From Octopus bimaculoides (lineage: Eukaryota): a DNA stretch of 64,000 nt. The stretch is taken from contig NC_068994.1 of assembly GCF_001194135.2 (NCBI RefSeq), positions 36,246,985-36,310,984 on the forward strand. Direction: 5' to 3'. A program made the position numbers and the translations under genes. The notes below the pieces were generated by a model. That model was not told the DNA's origin. It saw only the letters and a program-made list of their open reading frames with translations, and searched no databases. Shown in pieces: positions 14,836 to 29,353 of this stretch; positions within the stretch are counted from its first letter, which is position 1, and the number at the start of each line of letters is the position of its first letter.

Positions 14836-15147
14836 CATCATCATCATCATCGTTTAGCGTCTGCTTTCCCTGCTAGCATGGGTTGGACGATTTGACTGAG
14901 GACTGGCAAGCCAGAAGGCTGCACCAGGCTCCAATCTGATCTGGCAGAGTTTCTACAGCTGGATGCCCTTCCTAACGCTAACCACTCCGAGAGTGTAGTG
15001 GGTGCTTTTATGTGCCACCGGCACGAGGACCAGTCACACAGTACTGGCAACGGCCACGCTCAACAAGGTATTTTTTACGTGATACCTGCACAGGAGTCAG
15101 TCCAGTGGCACTGGCAACGATCTCGCTCGAATGATTTTCTAACGTGC
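14835..15147 (-). mobile_element. 5'-truncated RTE-LINE 3' end or RTE-tailed SINE with (GAT)n tail
   Basis: Same sequence family as 32048, 32981, 34266, 42815 and 63801. The copy at 32981-33830 links this tail to RTE coding sequence (ERRLRWYGH). Confidence 0.8.
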
Positions 15148-15557
15148 TAGGAAGGAATCATATTTAAGTAATACAGAATTTTAGAGGAATGACCAACCTT
15201 TCCATCCATTATCTCCTGTCTTGACTACAATATGCTTCTATGCAACTATGATTCTTGATGAACTTAAAATAATTATAAATTTTTTTACTACCTGCTTTGA
15301 ACACTTTCATGTAAACTGTTTAAACAAAAAGCCCTTCTTAACATTTTCTTATCGTTGTTAAAGATTCTATTTGTTAACACTTTCTTATCATTATCAAAGA
15401 CTATAACTGTATTTTAATACAATTATGATAACTATTTTATAATACAGCAAAGCTTATACAAAGCTTTACATTTTACTTTTGATCATCTTTTTTTTAAAAA
15501 GTGAAACCAGCCAAGTCAATAAACATCTTTAAAAGACCTCTGCATTTTCAAACCCTC

Positions 15558-15559
<2 letters not shown>

Positions 15560-15593
<34 letters not shown>

Positions 15594-15870
15594 ACACACA
15601 CATATATATATATACACATATATATATACNNNNNNNNNNACACACACACACATATATATACATATATATACACACACATGCATGTATATATATATATATA
15701 TTATATATACATATATATATATATATATACATATATATACACACTTGCATGTATATATATATTATATATACATACATACATATATATATACATATATATA
15801 CACACACATGCATGTATATATATATTATATATACATACATACATATATCCACATACATACACGCATACAT
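15560..15870. repeat. Compound TA/CA micro/minisatellite containing a 10-N gap (15630-15639)
   Basis: Directly visible. Confidence 0.9.
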
Positions 15871-16810
15871 GCATATCATCATCATTGTAACATTCACTTT
15901 TCCTTGCTTGCATGAGGCAGATGGAATTTGAGGCAGATTTTCTATAACTTCTTTCTAAGCAATCTAATATTTCCTCGTGGCTGAACATGTTTTCTTAGAA
16001 GATCCAAAATAATGCATTTATAACTATCATGCAATGTCAAAACAAGGAGACACAGATACACACACATACACTGACATACGTAGACTCAAGTGAGATATGC
16101 CTCAACCATCATCATCATCTAATTAATTCCTTGATGAAATAAATGGATTTCTTTATCACCAAGCTTGCCAGGCATATATATACTGCAGGCATAAGTAACA
16201 GAAATAAATATGCATCAGTCATTAGAATCAGGCATATGTCAGCTGAATAGGCAACTGCGTTAGTGCACACAATACTACTTTTATGTTACTTTCATAATGT
16301 GCTAAGTCTCACAATAGTAAAGGAACACTGCTATCAATCTCTGACTATCAAAAAGCTATCTCACCATTATTCTTTTCAGTTAATTAGTTTAATGGAAAGC
16401 TAATATTTATTTAGCTACTATGAGAAGCTAGGTTAGTGAGGGGAGTAGAGAAGTCATTTTGAGTGACGGCTGTATTTTCCATTTAAATTCATGAAAGCAA
16501 AATTTTAAAATGTTAAATCGGATTTCAGTTGAATTAAATACATTTATAATGGTTCTTCCTTGTTTTTAATGAAATCTAGGAGAGTACTACCAATATTGGA
16601 TTTTAGAATATTAATTTTCACTATTATAGTGTTATATGACTGCAGCTTCAACTAATTGCTGGAGTGATTGTCACTCCATTAAATCTGTAGAGAAGATTAC
16701 TTGAGAAATAGATGATCTACATACTGAGGTCCCAGTTTAATGTACTTCAAATATCAATAACAAAAATAGTATTATTGAAGCTTATAAGAGAGAGAGAGAG
16801 AGAGAGTGTG

Positions 16811-16851
<41 letters not shown>

Positions 16852-17745
16852 TCATCACTTAGCATTTGTTTGCCAACCTGGCATGGGTTGGATGGTTTGG
16901 CAGAAAATGGCCAGCTGAAGAGCTGCCTGGGCTCCATATCTGTTTTGACATGGTCTGTATGGTTGGACACCCTTTCTAATACCAACCACTTTACAGAGTG
17001 CAAAGGGTACATTTACACAGCACCAGCATGGGTGTTTTTATGTGGCACAGGTATGGGTACTTTTTACTTGGCACCAGCACCCACAAGCCTGCAAAATTAG
17101 AAACACTCCGCAGAAGAGGGAAGCAGGCAACATACCTGCATGCAAGGACAACTGTGATTTTACTGAACTTGTGCCTGCTAAAGCTCAGCAAACTGTCAGG
17201 TGTTTTGGTCCCCTGACATCCCCCTCTCTTGTGAGGCCCAATGTTTTTAGATTCTTTGTCCTGCGTCTGCTTGCGTCTCTCCGTTCCACATATTCCCTCC
17301 ATAATTAGAGATTAGCACCTCTTGATGCAACTGTCTTCATTCATAGGTAGTACATGACCATACCAGCACAGTCTTCTCTTTTGCACACTGCATCTGATGC
17401 CTCATACACCCAGTTTTTCTCTCAAATGACACTTTGTCATATATGCACACTGACATTACTGATCCAGTGGAGCACACTGGTTTCATTTCTTTCAAGATTT
17501 TGTATATTTTCAGTAACCGAAGTTCATGTCTCACTAGCATGAAGCCTAGCTGTTCATACACAGGCATCATACAATTTGCCTTTGGCTCTGAAGGATATTC
17601 CTTTCATTACCAACAGAGATAGCAGCTCTCTGAAATTTGTCCAGTCTATTCTTATTCTTGCAGTTATGCTTTCAGAACAACCTCCACCATTACTAACTTG
17701 GTTACTTATTAATGGAAACTGTGTACTACTTCTAAGGATAAAACC
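16852..17745 (-). mobile_element. 5'-truncated RTE-clade LINE (RT C-terminus plus 3' UTR)
   Basis: Translation [44 protein letters not shown], typical of the RTE ORF2 C-terminal region, runs into a related 3' tail. Confidence 0.85.
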
Positions 17746-17749
17746 TGAC

Positions 17750-18309
<560 letters not shown>

Positions 18310-19305
18310 NNNNNNNNNNNNNNNNNNNNNNNNNNNNNNNNNNNNNNNNNNNNNNNNNNNNNNNNNNNNNNNNNNNNNNNNNNNNNNNNNNNNNNNNNNN
18401 NNNNNNNNNNNNNNNNNNNNNNNNNNNNNNNNNNNNNNNNNNNNNNNNNNNNNNNNNNNNNNNNNNNNNNNNNNNNNNNNNNNNNNNNNNNNNNNNNNNN
18501 NNNNNNNNNNNNNNNNNNNNNNNNNNNNNNNNNNNNNNNNNNNNNNNNNNNNNNNNNNNNNNNNNNNNNNNNNNNNNNNNNNNNNNNNNNNNNNNNNNNN
18601 NNNNNNNNNNNNNNNNNNNNNNNNNNNNNNNNNNNNNNNNNNNNNNNNNNNNNNNNNNNNNNNNNNNNNNNNNNNNNNNNNNNNNNNNNNNNNNNNNNNN
18701 NNNNNNNNNNNNNNNNNNNNNNNNNNNNNNNNNNNNNNNNNNNNNNNNNNNNNNNNNNNNNNNNNNNNNNNNNNNNNNNNNNNNNNNNNNNNNNNNNNNN
18801 NNNNNNNNNNNNNNNNNNNNNNNNNNNNNNNNNNNNNNNNNNNNNNNNNNNNNNNNNNNNNNNNNNNNNNNNNNNNNNNNNNNNNNNNNNNNNNNNNNNN
18901 NNNNNNNNNNNNNNNNNNNNNNNNNNNNNNNNNNNNNNNNNNNNNNNNNNNNNNNNNNNNNNNNNNNNNNNNNNNNNNNNNNNNNNNNNNNNNNNNNNNN
19001 NNNNNNNNNNNNNNNNNNNNNNNNNNNNNNNNNNNNNNNNNNNNNNNNNNNNNNNNNNNNNNNNNNNNNNNNNNNNNNNNNNNNNNNNNNNNNNNNNNNN
19101 NNNNNNNNNNNNNNNNNNNNNNNNNNNNNNNNNNNNNNNNNNNNNNNNNNNNNNNNNNNNNNNNNNNNNNNNNNNNNNNNNNNNNNNNNNNNNNNNNNNN
19201 NNNNNNNNNNNNNNNNNNNNNNNNNNNNNNNNNNNNNNNNNNNNNNNNNNNNNNNNNNNNNNNNNNNNNNNNNNNNNNNNNNNNNNNNNNNNNNNNNNNN
19301 NNNNN
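18310..19305. other. Assembly gap (other gaps: 30829-31478, 34589-34755, 41794-42373, 44307-44394, 45340-45613, 57537-57678)
   Basis: Runs of N, mostly flanked by simple repeats. Exons could be hidden here. Confidence 1.
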
Positions 19306-19610
19306 AAGGCAGACTATATGACGCATGTGTACGAACAACCATGCTACATGGCAGTGAAACATGGGCTGTGACTGCTGAGGACATGCGTAAGCTCGCAAGG
19401 AATGAAGCCAGTATGTTCCGCTGGATGTGTAATGTCAATGTGCATACCCGTCAGAGTGTAAGTATCTTGAGAGAAAAGCTGAACATAAGAAGCATCAGTT
19501 GTGGTGTGCAAGAGAGACGATTGCGCTGGTATGGACATGTGGTGAGAATGAATGAGGATAGCTGCGTGAAAAAGTGCCACACCCTAACAGTTAAGGGAAC
19601 CCGTGGAAAA
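19306..19610 (+). mobile_element. RTE-clade LINE ORF2 C-terminal fragment
   Basis: ORF 19341-19613: LHGSETWAVTAEDMRKLARNEASMFRWMC..VQERRLRWYGHVVRM. Confidence 0.9.
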
Positions 19611-20599
19611 TAGTGTTTAATAATTGATCTGTAAAAAGTTGGTTGAAGTTAGGTTTCTTCACAAAAACAAAGAGCTAAAATAAATATAAAGAAAAGAAAA
19701 ACCTCCAAAATCCCTAGAAAAATATATTACTAACCAAAGCATCCCCAAACATTAGAATTGAAATCTCAGCTATCCACTTGCTCAATTCCTTGGAATACTA
19801 CAAGTGAACCTTCATCATTGCTGTCATCATGCTCTATTACTACTACCCTTACCACAACTAAACAATAGCAACAACAAGATCAACATGAGCAGTTACTCTT
19901 CAAAACTAGAATAATTGATGACCTATTGCACAACAGAGTCTCTAGCTCTTCTCCACAGCCAGGCCACTGATATTCTTCTCAGAATAACACAAGTGATCCA
20001 TCAGCACCATTGTCATCCTATACTACTACTACTACTCTAATTAGTGAAGAATCACTCCTTTATTCCCCCACTGTTTGCCTCAGTCTGAATGTATACCTAA
20101 CAGCTACATGATAAATCTGCCAACTGTAAATAAAATAAAATTATGAACAAATGAAACCCCAAAATATGCCACTATTCTCAACGCGAGAGATTATGTATAC
20201 ACAGTGACTGTAACTTCACCCATTTACCTGGAACAAGACACACAATTCATACAAGCAATAACAGCGAATGCCCAACTACACATCTTACAATAACACCACC
20301 ACTAAATGCTAAATCATACTTAATAACTTCTACACATATAAGCCAGAATCCTAGAATTTGTTGCTACTCCTAACACAAAAGATTATTTCTGATGTGGACT
20401 TGATGCACTAGTAAAAGCATGACACCAAACTACCACCAAATCCACAGTAGAAACATCCCTTACAGTGACAGTGTTGGTCCAGGCTTTCATCAAGCCGCAA
20501 GCAATAAAACTATAACCATATTCAACAATGCAACCATACCAACTCCAGACCACAACCCTTCCCAAAAGAACATTTTTTTTAGCGATAATAAATCTGGCA

Positions 20600-22620
20600 A
20601 AAGAAGAAAAAAAACACCTCTAGCTCTCATACAGCTCAAGCCACTGTTATTACCCCAATGCACAACAACACCGTTGCTGTCATTAACCCACAATCTTAAC
20701 TCAGTAATAATGCTGAATGTACAAGGTCTTTCACACTTCACAAATTGAACGAAAGTATCATATCTTAGAGACTTTGTATAGAGAAAGAGACTTGGTACAA
20801 CAAGAAAAACAATATGTATAGCACTAAGTGAAACACCCCTGACTTCAAACAGAATGGATGTGGAAGTAAATATGTCAGGTTACATATTACTCAGAACTGA
20901 CTACAGAATATGGAAACCAGTACAGACTTCATTCATAATGGTCAGGTCATTCTCACAGCTATTTATGTAGTATAAAATGAATGCGAGCAGCTAGGTGCAA
21001 TATAAACTGTATAGGCAAAACTTAGCCACGGTTAATTGTGGCTGTATGTCTACAAGTACATATATTGCTAGAAATAAGAGTTAAACCTCTCATAGCAGCA
21101 TAAAAGCACATTTATATATTCTGACAAGGTAGATAACTGCCAAATGAGTGAAGCAAAGTGAAAACTACACAGTTTCATCTTAATGGGAATTGTCAACAGT
21201 GTACCTCCACTGCATCAATAAATGTGTATATATAAATGTATTTTTACACAGCTATTAGTGGTTTAACTGTTACAGCACATACAGTCTAAATATCTATATG
21301 TATGCTAAATACTACATAAACAATTCCAAATTGGTCACATTTCAGCAGTGCATAACTGATGAGTTCTTCAACACCACACAACCACACAAGGAAGAGGCAA
21401 CCCTTAATTACATCAATATAAATGATGATGCAACATTGGTCATTGATGAGATAAATGAACTTAACAATGGGCCCTGGTAATTTTCTAGCTATTCTTTTAA
21501 AGAAATGCAAGAAAGCTTTCACAAAACCACTGCTAATGCTTTTCTCGAGTTTATCTTCATGTGGCAAACTTTCCAAAATGTTAAAAGACAGTATATGCCC
21601 TGTCCATAAAGTCAGTAGTAGAGCAGATGCTAAAAATTACAGGCCTGCCTATCTGACCTCATTTTTTAGAAAAATCATGGAGCGCATTGTCAGAAGGAAG
21701 GTGCTAATGCTCCTACATGAAAATATAGCTTGCTAACTAACACGCAGCATGGCTTATGTCCAAGAACGACATAACACAGCTGCTACAGCATTATAACTGG
21801 GTACTTAATTAACAGCTCAATTATTCAAAAGTTGAAGTAATACATCTTGACTTTACCATAGGTGTCAACAAAATTGATCCTAGGATATCACAAATTATAT
21901 GACCTTGGTGTTGTTGGAAAACTAGGGAACAGGCTGCATGACAATTTAAAAGATAAGAGTCAGTAAGTCACAGCCAATGGTGCCCTCTCTGAGCAAGCAT
22001 CAATTCTAAACAGTCATCAGATAATTGTACTGGGACTTTTACTGTTTATGCCATCACCCAACAAACATTGTAATCAGACCTATTTAGGACTGGGGCTATT
22101 GCTTTCCTGGTGTCAAAGTCAGTGCATGACCAGGGAATCCATTAGTAATGATGCATCATTCTGTATACATATTACTAAGACTGCAACACTGTGCAACCAA
22201 TTATCTGGTTGGATTCTGAAATCAAAATAATGAAAAAGGAAACCATGTTCCTTCTATAAAGAACAGTCATTCTCAGTTTCCTGAATTACTGCTCTCAATT
22301 ATGGTTGCTGCAATGCATCGAACTAATACTAGTGGAAGATCATGGAATATCTAGTACCCAACTCTGAAATCTCTACCAACCACCAAAATGGATACCACTG
22401 CAAAAAAGATCCTTCCCTTTCCATCTTAAGTAAGGATCCAATATGCCTTTTTGTTCAATTTTCAATACCTAACCAAAAACCCTTAGAGATCCACACTATG
22501 TAGATGTGGATGTGTTCAAAGAATGTTTAGGCAATTTTTTATCTAAGAAACCAGATGGGCCACCCACCCACATCATGGCAAGAAGTACAAAGAAGAGTAT
22601 CTTCATCTTTGGAGCCAATT
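20600..22620 (+). mobile_element. Decayed CR1-type LINE ORF2 (APE endonuclease, RT, 3' end)
   Basis: Endonuclease-like MLNVQGL..CIALSET..GYILLRTD (20710-20905). RT-like ILLKKCKKAFTKPL..CPVHK..SRADAKNYRP..IMERIVRR (ORF 21455-21736), then QHG. C-terminal VDVFKECLGNFLSKKPD (about 22505-22560). Frameshifts and stops. Confidence 0.85.
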
Positions 22621-23239
22621 CCAGAAAAAGGATTAGGAAATAAGTTTGAAATAAACAAGTAATCACACAAATGCCAGTGCCCCCAATGTGTGTGTAGCCT
22701 ATGGCTGTAACCAGTAATTTTTTTTTATTTATTTACACACACACACACACGCATATATGTATGTGTGAGTGTAATTACTAAATGACAGCTAAGGGAAGTA
22801 ATTCAAATAGTCTGATGAATTTAGCTAGTTCAGGTAGGTGGTGATGCACAAAATATTCTTAATGAATTGATGTTGCCGCATAGTTAGAGAATATTAACTA
22901 AAAATCTAGTGGCATTGTTAATGACTATCGAAGAAGAAGGGAGGTAATTTGAAAAAACAATTTTCTATGTAGGTACCACATAAGCAGGAAGTTACCTTCA
23001 ACCACTGTAACCACACAAAAGTATTTTAATACTCACAAAAAGATTTGTTCTTCATTCTCAGATTCAGTCTAGCTTTCATATTCCTCTGTCATATCTATAA
23101 CAATGCATTTTGGTCACTCTTGGAGCAGACTAATCACTTCTCTGAGTTATATAAGTAAATGGATCTTCATCAGTTTTGACCAGGAGTATTCAGTTGTTCA
23201 ATCAACTGAATAGCCTACTCATTCCCTTGTTATAATAGG

Positions 23240-24360
23240 GACCATGTCACCAAAACAATTTGTGCACATTAGAGCAATAAGCAAAAATATTACTTTCAAA
23301 TTCAGGAATCATGTGAATATTTTAGAATGATTTTGCTTCCGGCAAAGTAGGAACTGCATCTCCCACTTTCATTCATATATGACCTAGATCATTTTAGCGA
23401 CCTCCATTTTATGCTATACAGCAAAGTGTCTTCTTTTATTCACCATATATAGTTGGTTGAAGTTGTGATATTTCACTTTTTCTGGATCCTAAAAGACAAT
23501 CTGAGATTACTCAGCCTGATCTTAAAGGGGCTCTTTATTTCACCTGCCCCTGAACAAAGCAGACATAATGTCAACCAACACCAACAGAACAATGCAATAT
23601 ACTGTTGGTGTTGTGGACCACCACTTCTGTGCTACATTGATCATTCATCGTGCACTGACTATAAACTTTACATGAGCATCCTGCCTCTGTCCAGGTTTTA
23701 GGGGTGTTATCTAATATCTTTTTGATGTTAGGTGCACAGCTTAATATGAAAATTTTGGTATATCTACTGTCCTGTGTAAAATGTTTATGCACTAATTTAA
23801 GGAAGGCCCCTACCTATGCAGGTCTTCATGTTAAGTGAGAAATGGATGCCAAACCAGATTATTTTGTGGCAACACTTTCTCTTGTGGGTGCTAGGGTTAG
23901 GCATGTAAGTAATGTGATTTTTAAATCCAATAACTGTGAAGGCATTGTTATAGTAGTGGGCACTGAAGACATCTTTATTGGAGGGTAGGTTTCAGAACCT
24001 CCTACTAATACCTTTTACAAGGTTTTTAAACCTGAAAGGAAGGTGGCAGAAAGCTATGTTGACAGTTTATTGTATTGTTTGTTGTAGGGCCTAAATCAAG
24101 CATTATGTCCAAGAAATTAACTTTGGTTAGGTTGGTCTCTATAGTAACCTTGAGCCCAAGGAAGCTAAAGGCATCAATCAGGTCTTTGATGAGCCTTTCC
24201 ACACTTCTAGAGATTGCTGAAGTGTCGTTTGGGTAGAGGACAAAGCATATTGAAGATAATTTCTAATCTTGGGTGTTCAGCACAGAAGCCTTTTCATTAT
24301 GGTTTCAGCAGTTCAGTTCACATTTTAGTTGTTAAATTGTATGGCATTTATTGTAGCTCA
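23240..24360 (-). mobile_element. Penelope-like element remnant, RT thumb plus GIY-YIG (family C)
   Basis: LKVTIETNLTKVNFLDI, then KHFTQDSRYTKIF..LSCAPNIKKI..CSCKVYSQC..VVH (ORF 23571-23792), matching the PLE C-terminal layout. Confidence 0.75.
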
Positions 24361-24509
24361 GGATAAAATGTGTTTGCAGTTTAAATAGGTTAAAGTTATC
24401 TATTTTTTTCCCTTGATTTCTAGAATATAAATGTCATTTAGTTCTTTATTAGACTGGCTAATAAAAAAATGTTTTTCATTAATCTTGCACTAATCTATGT
24501 TAACTATTG

Positions 24510-24548
<39 letters not shown>

Positions 24549-24959
24549 TAAATAAGCAAGAGTGTTGGGCTTTCTAAGAATGGCACATAGATATGAAGGA
24601 TTTGGGGTATTTAGCCCAATTTTCCATTTTAGAATATAGTCTCCAGCGTAAGCAAAATATAGACAACTCATACACTACAAGAATAATCTTGTATCATTTT
24701 TAGATAAGGAATATGTCAAACATTTGTTTCCAGAGCAGATAATGGCTACCATACAACAACATGGGAAGTATTATCTGAAAGTTATCTCTGGAGGTTTTCG
24801 AGTTTGATCAAATCGATAAACACTATATATGGGTCCTTCTTGTGTTCCTCAATTCTTTACTGACTCTGACATAAACTAAAGGCCATATCCAAAGATGCAC
24901 TATTTTTTGGTCTAAGACAATGCTAATATTTTGGCAAACAATGTCTAAAATGTAAGCAT

Positions 24960-26420
24960 TTATTAGGTGAAGTATGACACAAACCAAAGTCTTACTACTA
25001 TTTCTACTATTCAACCTCATGCTTTTAATTTTGTAAAAGTACACAATGCAAACATTCTTAAATTGATGAGGCACTATTTCATTTAACTACATGACAGAAT
25101 AATCCTGTAAGCTATTTGGCCAGTCAATCATTTCGCTATCTGTACACATTTGATAGTACTCCCAAAGCCATTCAATGTGTATTTAGCCTTTTTGATATCA
25201 ACCCACCTAAGACTGCTCCTTGTTATACGATACATATTTACTGTTTAAATTGATCTAAATTAAAATGTTTCATCAAAATTCCATATCATTGTGTGTTCCA
25301 AATGCAAGCTTATGACAAACAAAATCATTTTACTAAATTCTCCATTGTTTCAAAATTTAATGAAATAAAGGCAGCATGTTTCAACAAAAATATAGTAAGG
25401 AAAAGGTTAGTGGCACATACAAATGCCTCATAAACTCAACAACAGTTTACCATTCTAGGACTTTATATTACCTCAAATAATAGTAAATATAGTTCACAAG
25501 CATGGTATTCAAAGTGAGACACCATTTTACTTTTAGAGCACAAGAGTACATTAAAGTTTCCTCTTTGGCGAGGACCTCAGAGCCAGGGGCCAAAAGTTTG
25601 CTGAGTATTAACCTGTGGCTAGACTAACATTTGGCTTGGTGTATATGAGTAGGATTCACATTTTTACTGTTTCTGCTAATCTAGCATAAGCAATTTCTTG
25701 GATTATAAATGTTTTTGTATAGTTCTTTCTTTGAGAGTGATACAGTTTGTTAAAAAATATATATATTAGTGACAGTGGTAGTATTAATACTAAGAGGGGA
25801 TATTTATCACCATTTAAACACAGATGTTCTGCAAGTTTCTTTTAACAGAACATCCACGTTTAAGTGGGGATAAATATTACGTCACTGCAGAGTGGTAATA
25901 AGAAGAGACTCAGTCATACATTTTTTTTTTTCACAACCCTGTGTGCACCAACAGTTTCAAGCATGGTGTGTAAAATTAGCTGAGTCAAATATTAAAGCTG
26001 CTTGCCAATAAACTTTGACACATCATGGAGCAAAAGATGAAATAGAAGCATCATTTGTTAGGTATGCTGTTAACTATCATTGACACGTAAGTGCAGATTA
26101 ATGTGGTACAAGAGTTCATTTCAGTTTGAATGCATATAATCATCAGGTGATTCTTCAAATCAGGCATTTCAGATTTGTAGCAATGATCTCATATTCAGGC
26201 AAAGTCAGTACAATGACCTTACTTGTCAGCTGATTTGTATACTCACTTGCTCAATTACACTTGCATCTGAGAAGCTCACTTCTCGATGAAAAACCAGGTC
26301 AATGGAGACCCCCAAAAGCAAATATGACAGTCTTACACTCCAAGCTTTACTGGTCATCCAAATATAGTATAACTTGTATTCGGATGACCAGACATCTGAA
26401 GTCACTGACAGATATAGGTA
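24960..26420 (-). mobile_element. Probable decayed hAT transposase
   Basis: LSVTSDVWSSEYKLYYIWMT (about 26350-26415) resembles the first catalytic-Asp motif. About 1.3 kb downstream, frameshifted IAYRIILS..NSASS..RMF..MRLN resembles the hAT dimerisation domain, and the spacing fits. One possible TIR (tagggttgcc, minus strand 27131-27140) has no partner that I can find. Confidence 0.55.
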
Positions 26421-27676
26421 TAAATTAACAGAGTTTGGGTTTTTTTTTTTTATTGACCCTTACCATAGATAAGTATAGAGAATACTGTTGGTATACTTAC
26501 AGATAAACACACACTTACACACACTATATATATTTATAACTAGATAGACTGCCAATATTATGCATTACATTGTTTTGTTAATTGATTATTATAGAATGAA
26601 ATGAAAGCTCACATGTCCTAACCTTGATAAACATAGTATCATGGAAAATTATTTAACAAATCAAATATTAATTTTAATTAAATATTTCAAAATAATTAAT
26701 TACTTCAACATTAGTTTTAGATTACATTTTTAAATAATTATTCAATACAATTACTAGACTATTGTTGGATGTGCTGATAATTACTATCAAGGATAATAAT
26801 TAATCTAAAAGTAAATAAAAATTAACAGCACCATTTTACAGAAGAGCTGTTTCGTTTGAAAACAATATGAAACCAAAATTATATATCTCTAGATTTTTAT
26901 CAGTAACTAATATTAAAGTAGGAATAAATTCTTATCAGTGAAATCCATAAAGGCAATCCAGAGTTTTAAAAAGAAATAATCATAACAAAAATATCAGAAA
27001 CCTAAATAGCATTCTCAAAGTATTTCACAGTTGAAAGACTGCCTTTATTTGAAAATGACAGCATAATTTATTAAAATATTTATTGAAATATAAGTAACTA
27101 TGTACAAGTATTTTAAAAAATAATTTTTCAGGCAACCCTAAATCTCTTTTAGATACCTATTAATGATCATGTCCCCTTATAATATAAATTACAAAAAATA
27201 AATAAATAAATAAATAATGGTTAAAAGAATAATGCTGATATAATCAATAAAACAAGCAGAGAGAATCAATAATCCTGCAAAACAATGTCATTGATTCTTT
27301 ATTCAGAGTTGTAGATCCGTATTTCTTGGATTCTAATATAACAGCATCTGAAATGTATATTAACAGTACTACATGTTCATTTTATATGTTGAGTTCAATA
27401 GAAAGAAAAACTTGGATTTTATTCTTTTATTGAAATGTAAACATGCCATTTTCATCTTAGAGAGAGGCTTGACATCGAAAAAGAATAGAGTTATCACTGT
27501 CTATTTTAATGGTGTATCTTAATTATACTACCAATCGAAATTATTTTATGTAAACAGAAAATAATCTTCATATACATATATATAATATAAATACTGATAT
27601 ATATATATATGTATATATATATATGTACACACAAACACACACACAATTGTATAGGACTGTCTAAAGCAATTATTTG

Positions 27677-27954
27677 TGACTCATTCCCATGTTAAATCTA
27701 CTTCTTTGCGGCAGGAATCTGAAGCAGGTTTCCGTTTCCCTTCCATGGGAACCATAAACAGCCTGTCATTGGCTGCAGCAGACATTACATACACACTTGA
27801 TAGGACTGCAGACCTCTCTCTCTCATATTCACACAACAACACAGACCAAGCTACACAGTACTGCTAAGCACACAACAGCAGCAGTAACCATACAACTCTA
27901 CAGCAGGATACACATCTCAGCTAACGACACTCTGGAGACTATTTACCTGCTTTG
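27677..27954 (+). promoter_or_regulatory. Candidate promoter and non-coding first exon of an unidentified gene
   Basis: Unique, GC-richer island. TGACTCA at 27677, reverse CCAAT box at 27768-72, no ATG in 27752-27954, and a strong donor TG|GTGAGT at 27954/27955. No downstream coding exon confirmed. Confidence 0.45.
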
Positions 27955-28936
27955 GTGAGTGTTTAATACATTCTGTTACTATCCAGCAGCAGTTGATAAT
28001 AAAGACAGTTTACCATTTGAACAGTAGATTTAGCTTTTTATATTTCTGAAGAAAAATCAGTGCATTATCTATTATTAGAAAAGTACTTGAATTAATTCTA
28101 CAAAGTAATATGTTACGGTCAGTGACTGATGCAATGCTATATGTTGTTGTTCAAAGGAGAAACATTCATTTCATGTTATGCCCAACAAGTCCCTTAAAAT
28201 GTTCACAGGAAAATATCCTTTATGGTGTTCATATATAGTTTGGTTTGTTATATATTTTCCTGGCATTTTCAGATAGTAACTATGACATTTAACAGCTAAT
28301 ACTGGGAATTCTTCTTTGAAGTCAGATGTATTAAGAATGTATGAGTTCATGATAGAATCAGCTAACTAGTATAAATGAATGTGTGTGTGTGTGTGTGTGT
28401 GTCTCTGTGTGTGCGTGTGTATCTGTGTGTGTGTGTGTGTGTTCAACTACAAAAGGAAATGATTTCATTTCAGACAAAAAATTTATTCCATTGAGATTTT
28501 TGTTTAATTGAATTACAATATATGATTAATTTGTTATTTCAAACTAAAAATACATATCTAGACGCTTTCATGTACTATCCTGCTTTCATTTCAAAATGTC
28601 CTTTATTTTTATGTTTGATATTCTTGATTAAATTTGGTCAATTTTATTACAACCCTAATAGTTAAAGTTTTCAATTCATGAGTAGACTAGTGAAGATGAA
28701 ATAACCTGCAAAATAACTATTCAACCATGTTAAGGATACAGAATCATGTAATTAACCAATATTACTTAATGTTTTTAAATAACCATTTGACTATACATGA
28801 CATACACACAGGTGTCAAGATGAATATAAACTTAAGCAATTCAAATACTTACTATAATGAGTATATATGCAGAAAACACAAATATTCAATGTATATGTGA
28901 TGTGCATGTGTGTGTGTAAACACAAATATAACCATG

Positions 28937-28939
<3 letters not shown>

Positions 28940-29033
<94 letters not shown>

Positions 29034-29040
29034 CACACAC
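28940..29040. repeat. (TA)n-(TAGA)n microsatellite
   Basis: Directly visible. Confidence 0.95.
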
Positions 29041-29298
29041 ATATATACATGCGTGTGGGTATATACGTGTTTCTATTTTTATATATGTAGATATATTTTT
29101 TTTAAATATTCATACATTCAACAAGCAATAACTGAACAAATACACATTCACATACATATGCATCCATGTACTTCTACACACACTTGTAATAGATTATACA
29201 TACACATCTATTTGTAAGAAGTGTAAATTATTTTGCAATCAGACCCCGTACTAATATATGTTTGTGAGTATGAGTGTGTACAGAGAAGGGAGAGAATG

Positions 29299-29353
<55 letters not shown>

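Noticed and set aside
23155-23180. ctgatgaagatcc on the minus strand downstream of the family C PLE (half hammerhead)
   Set aside because: The stem II partner, GAAA and cleavage site are absent, so it cannot be supported.
26351-26390. 14-bp stem hairpin (tggtcatccaaata / tattcggatgacca), pre-miRNA-like
   Set aside because: Too short for a pre-miRNA and it lies inside the putative hAT coding frame; probably chance.
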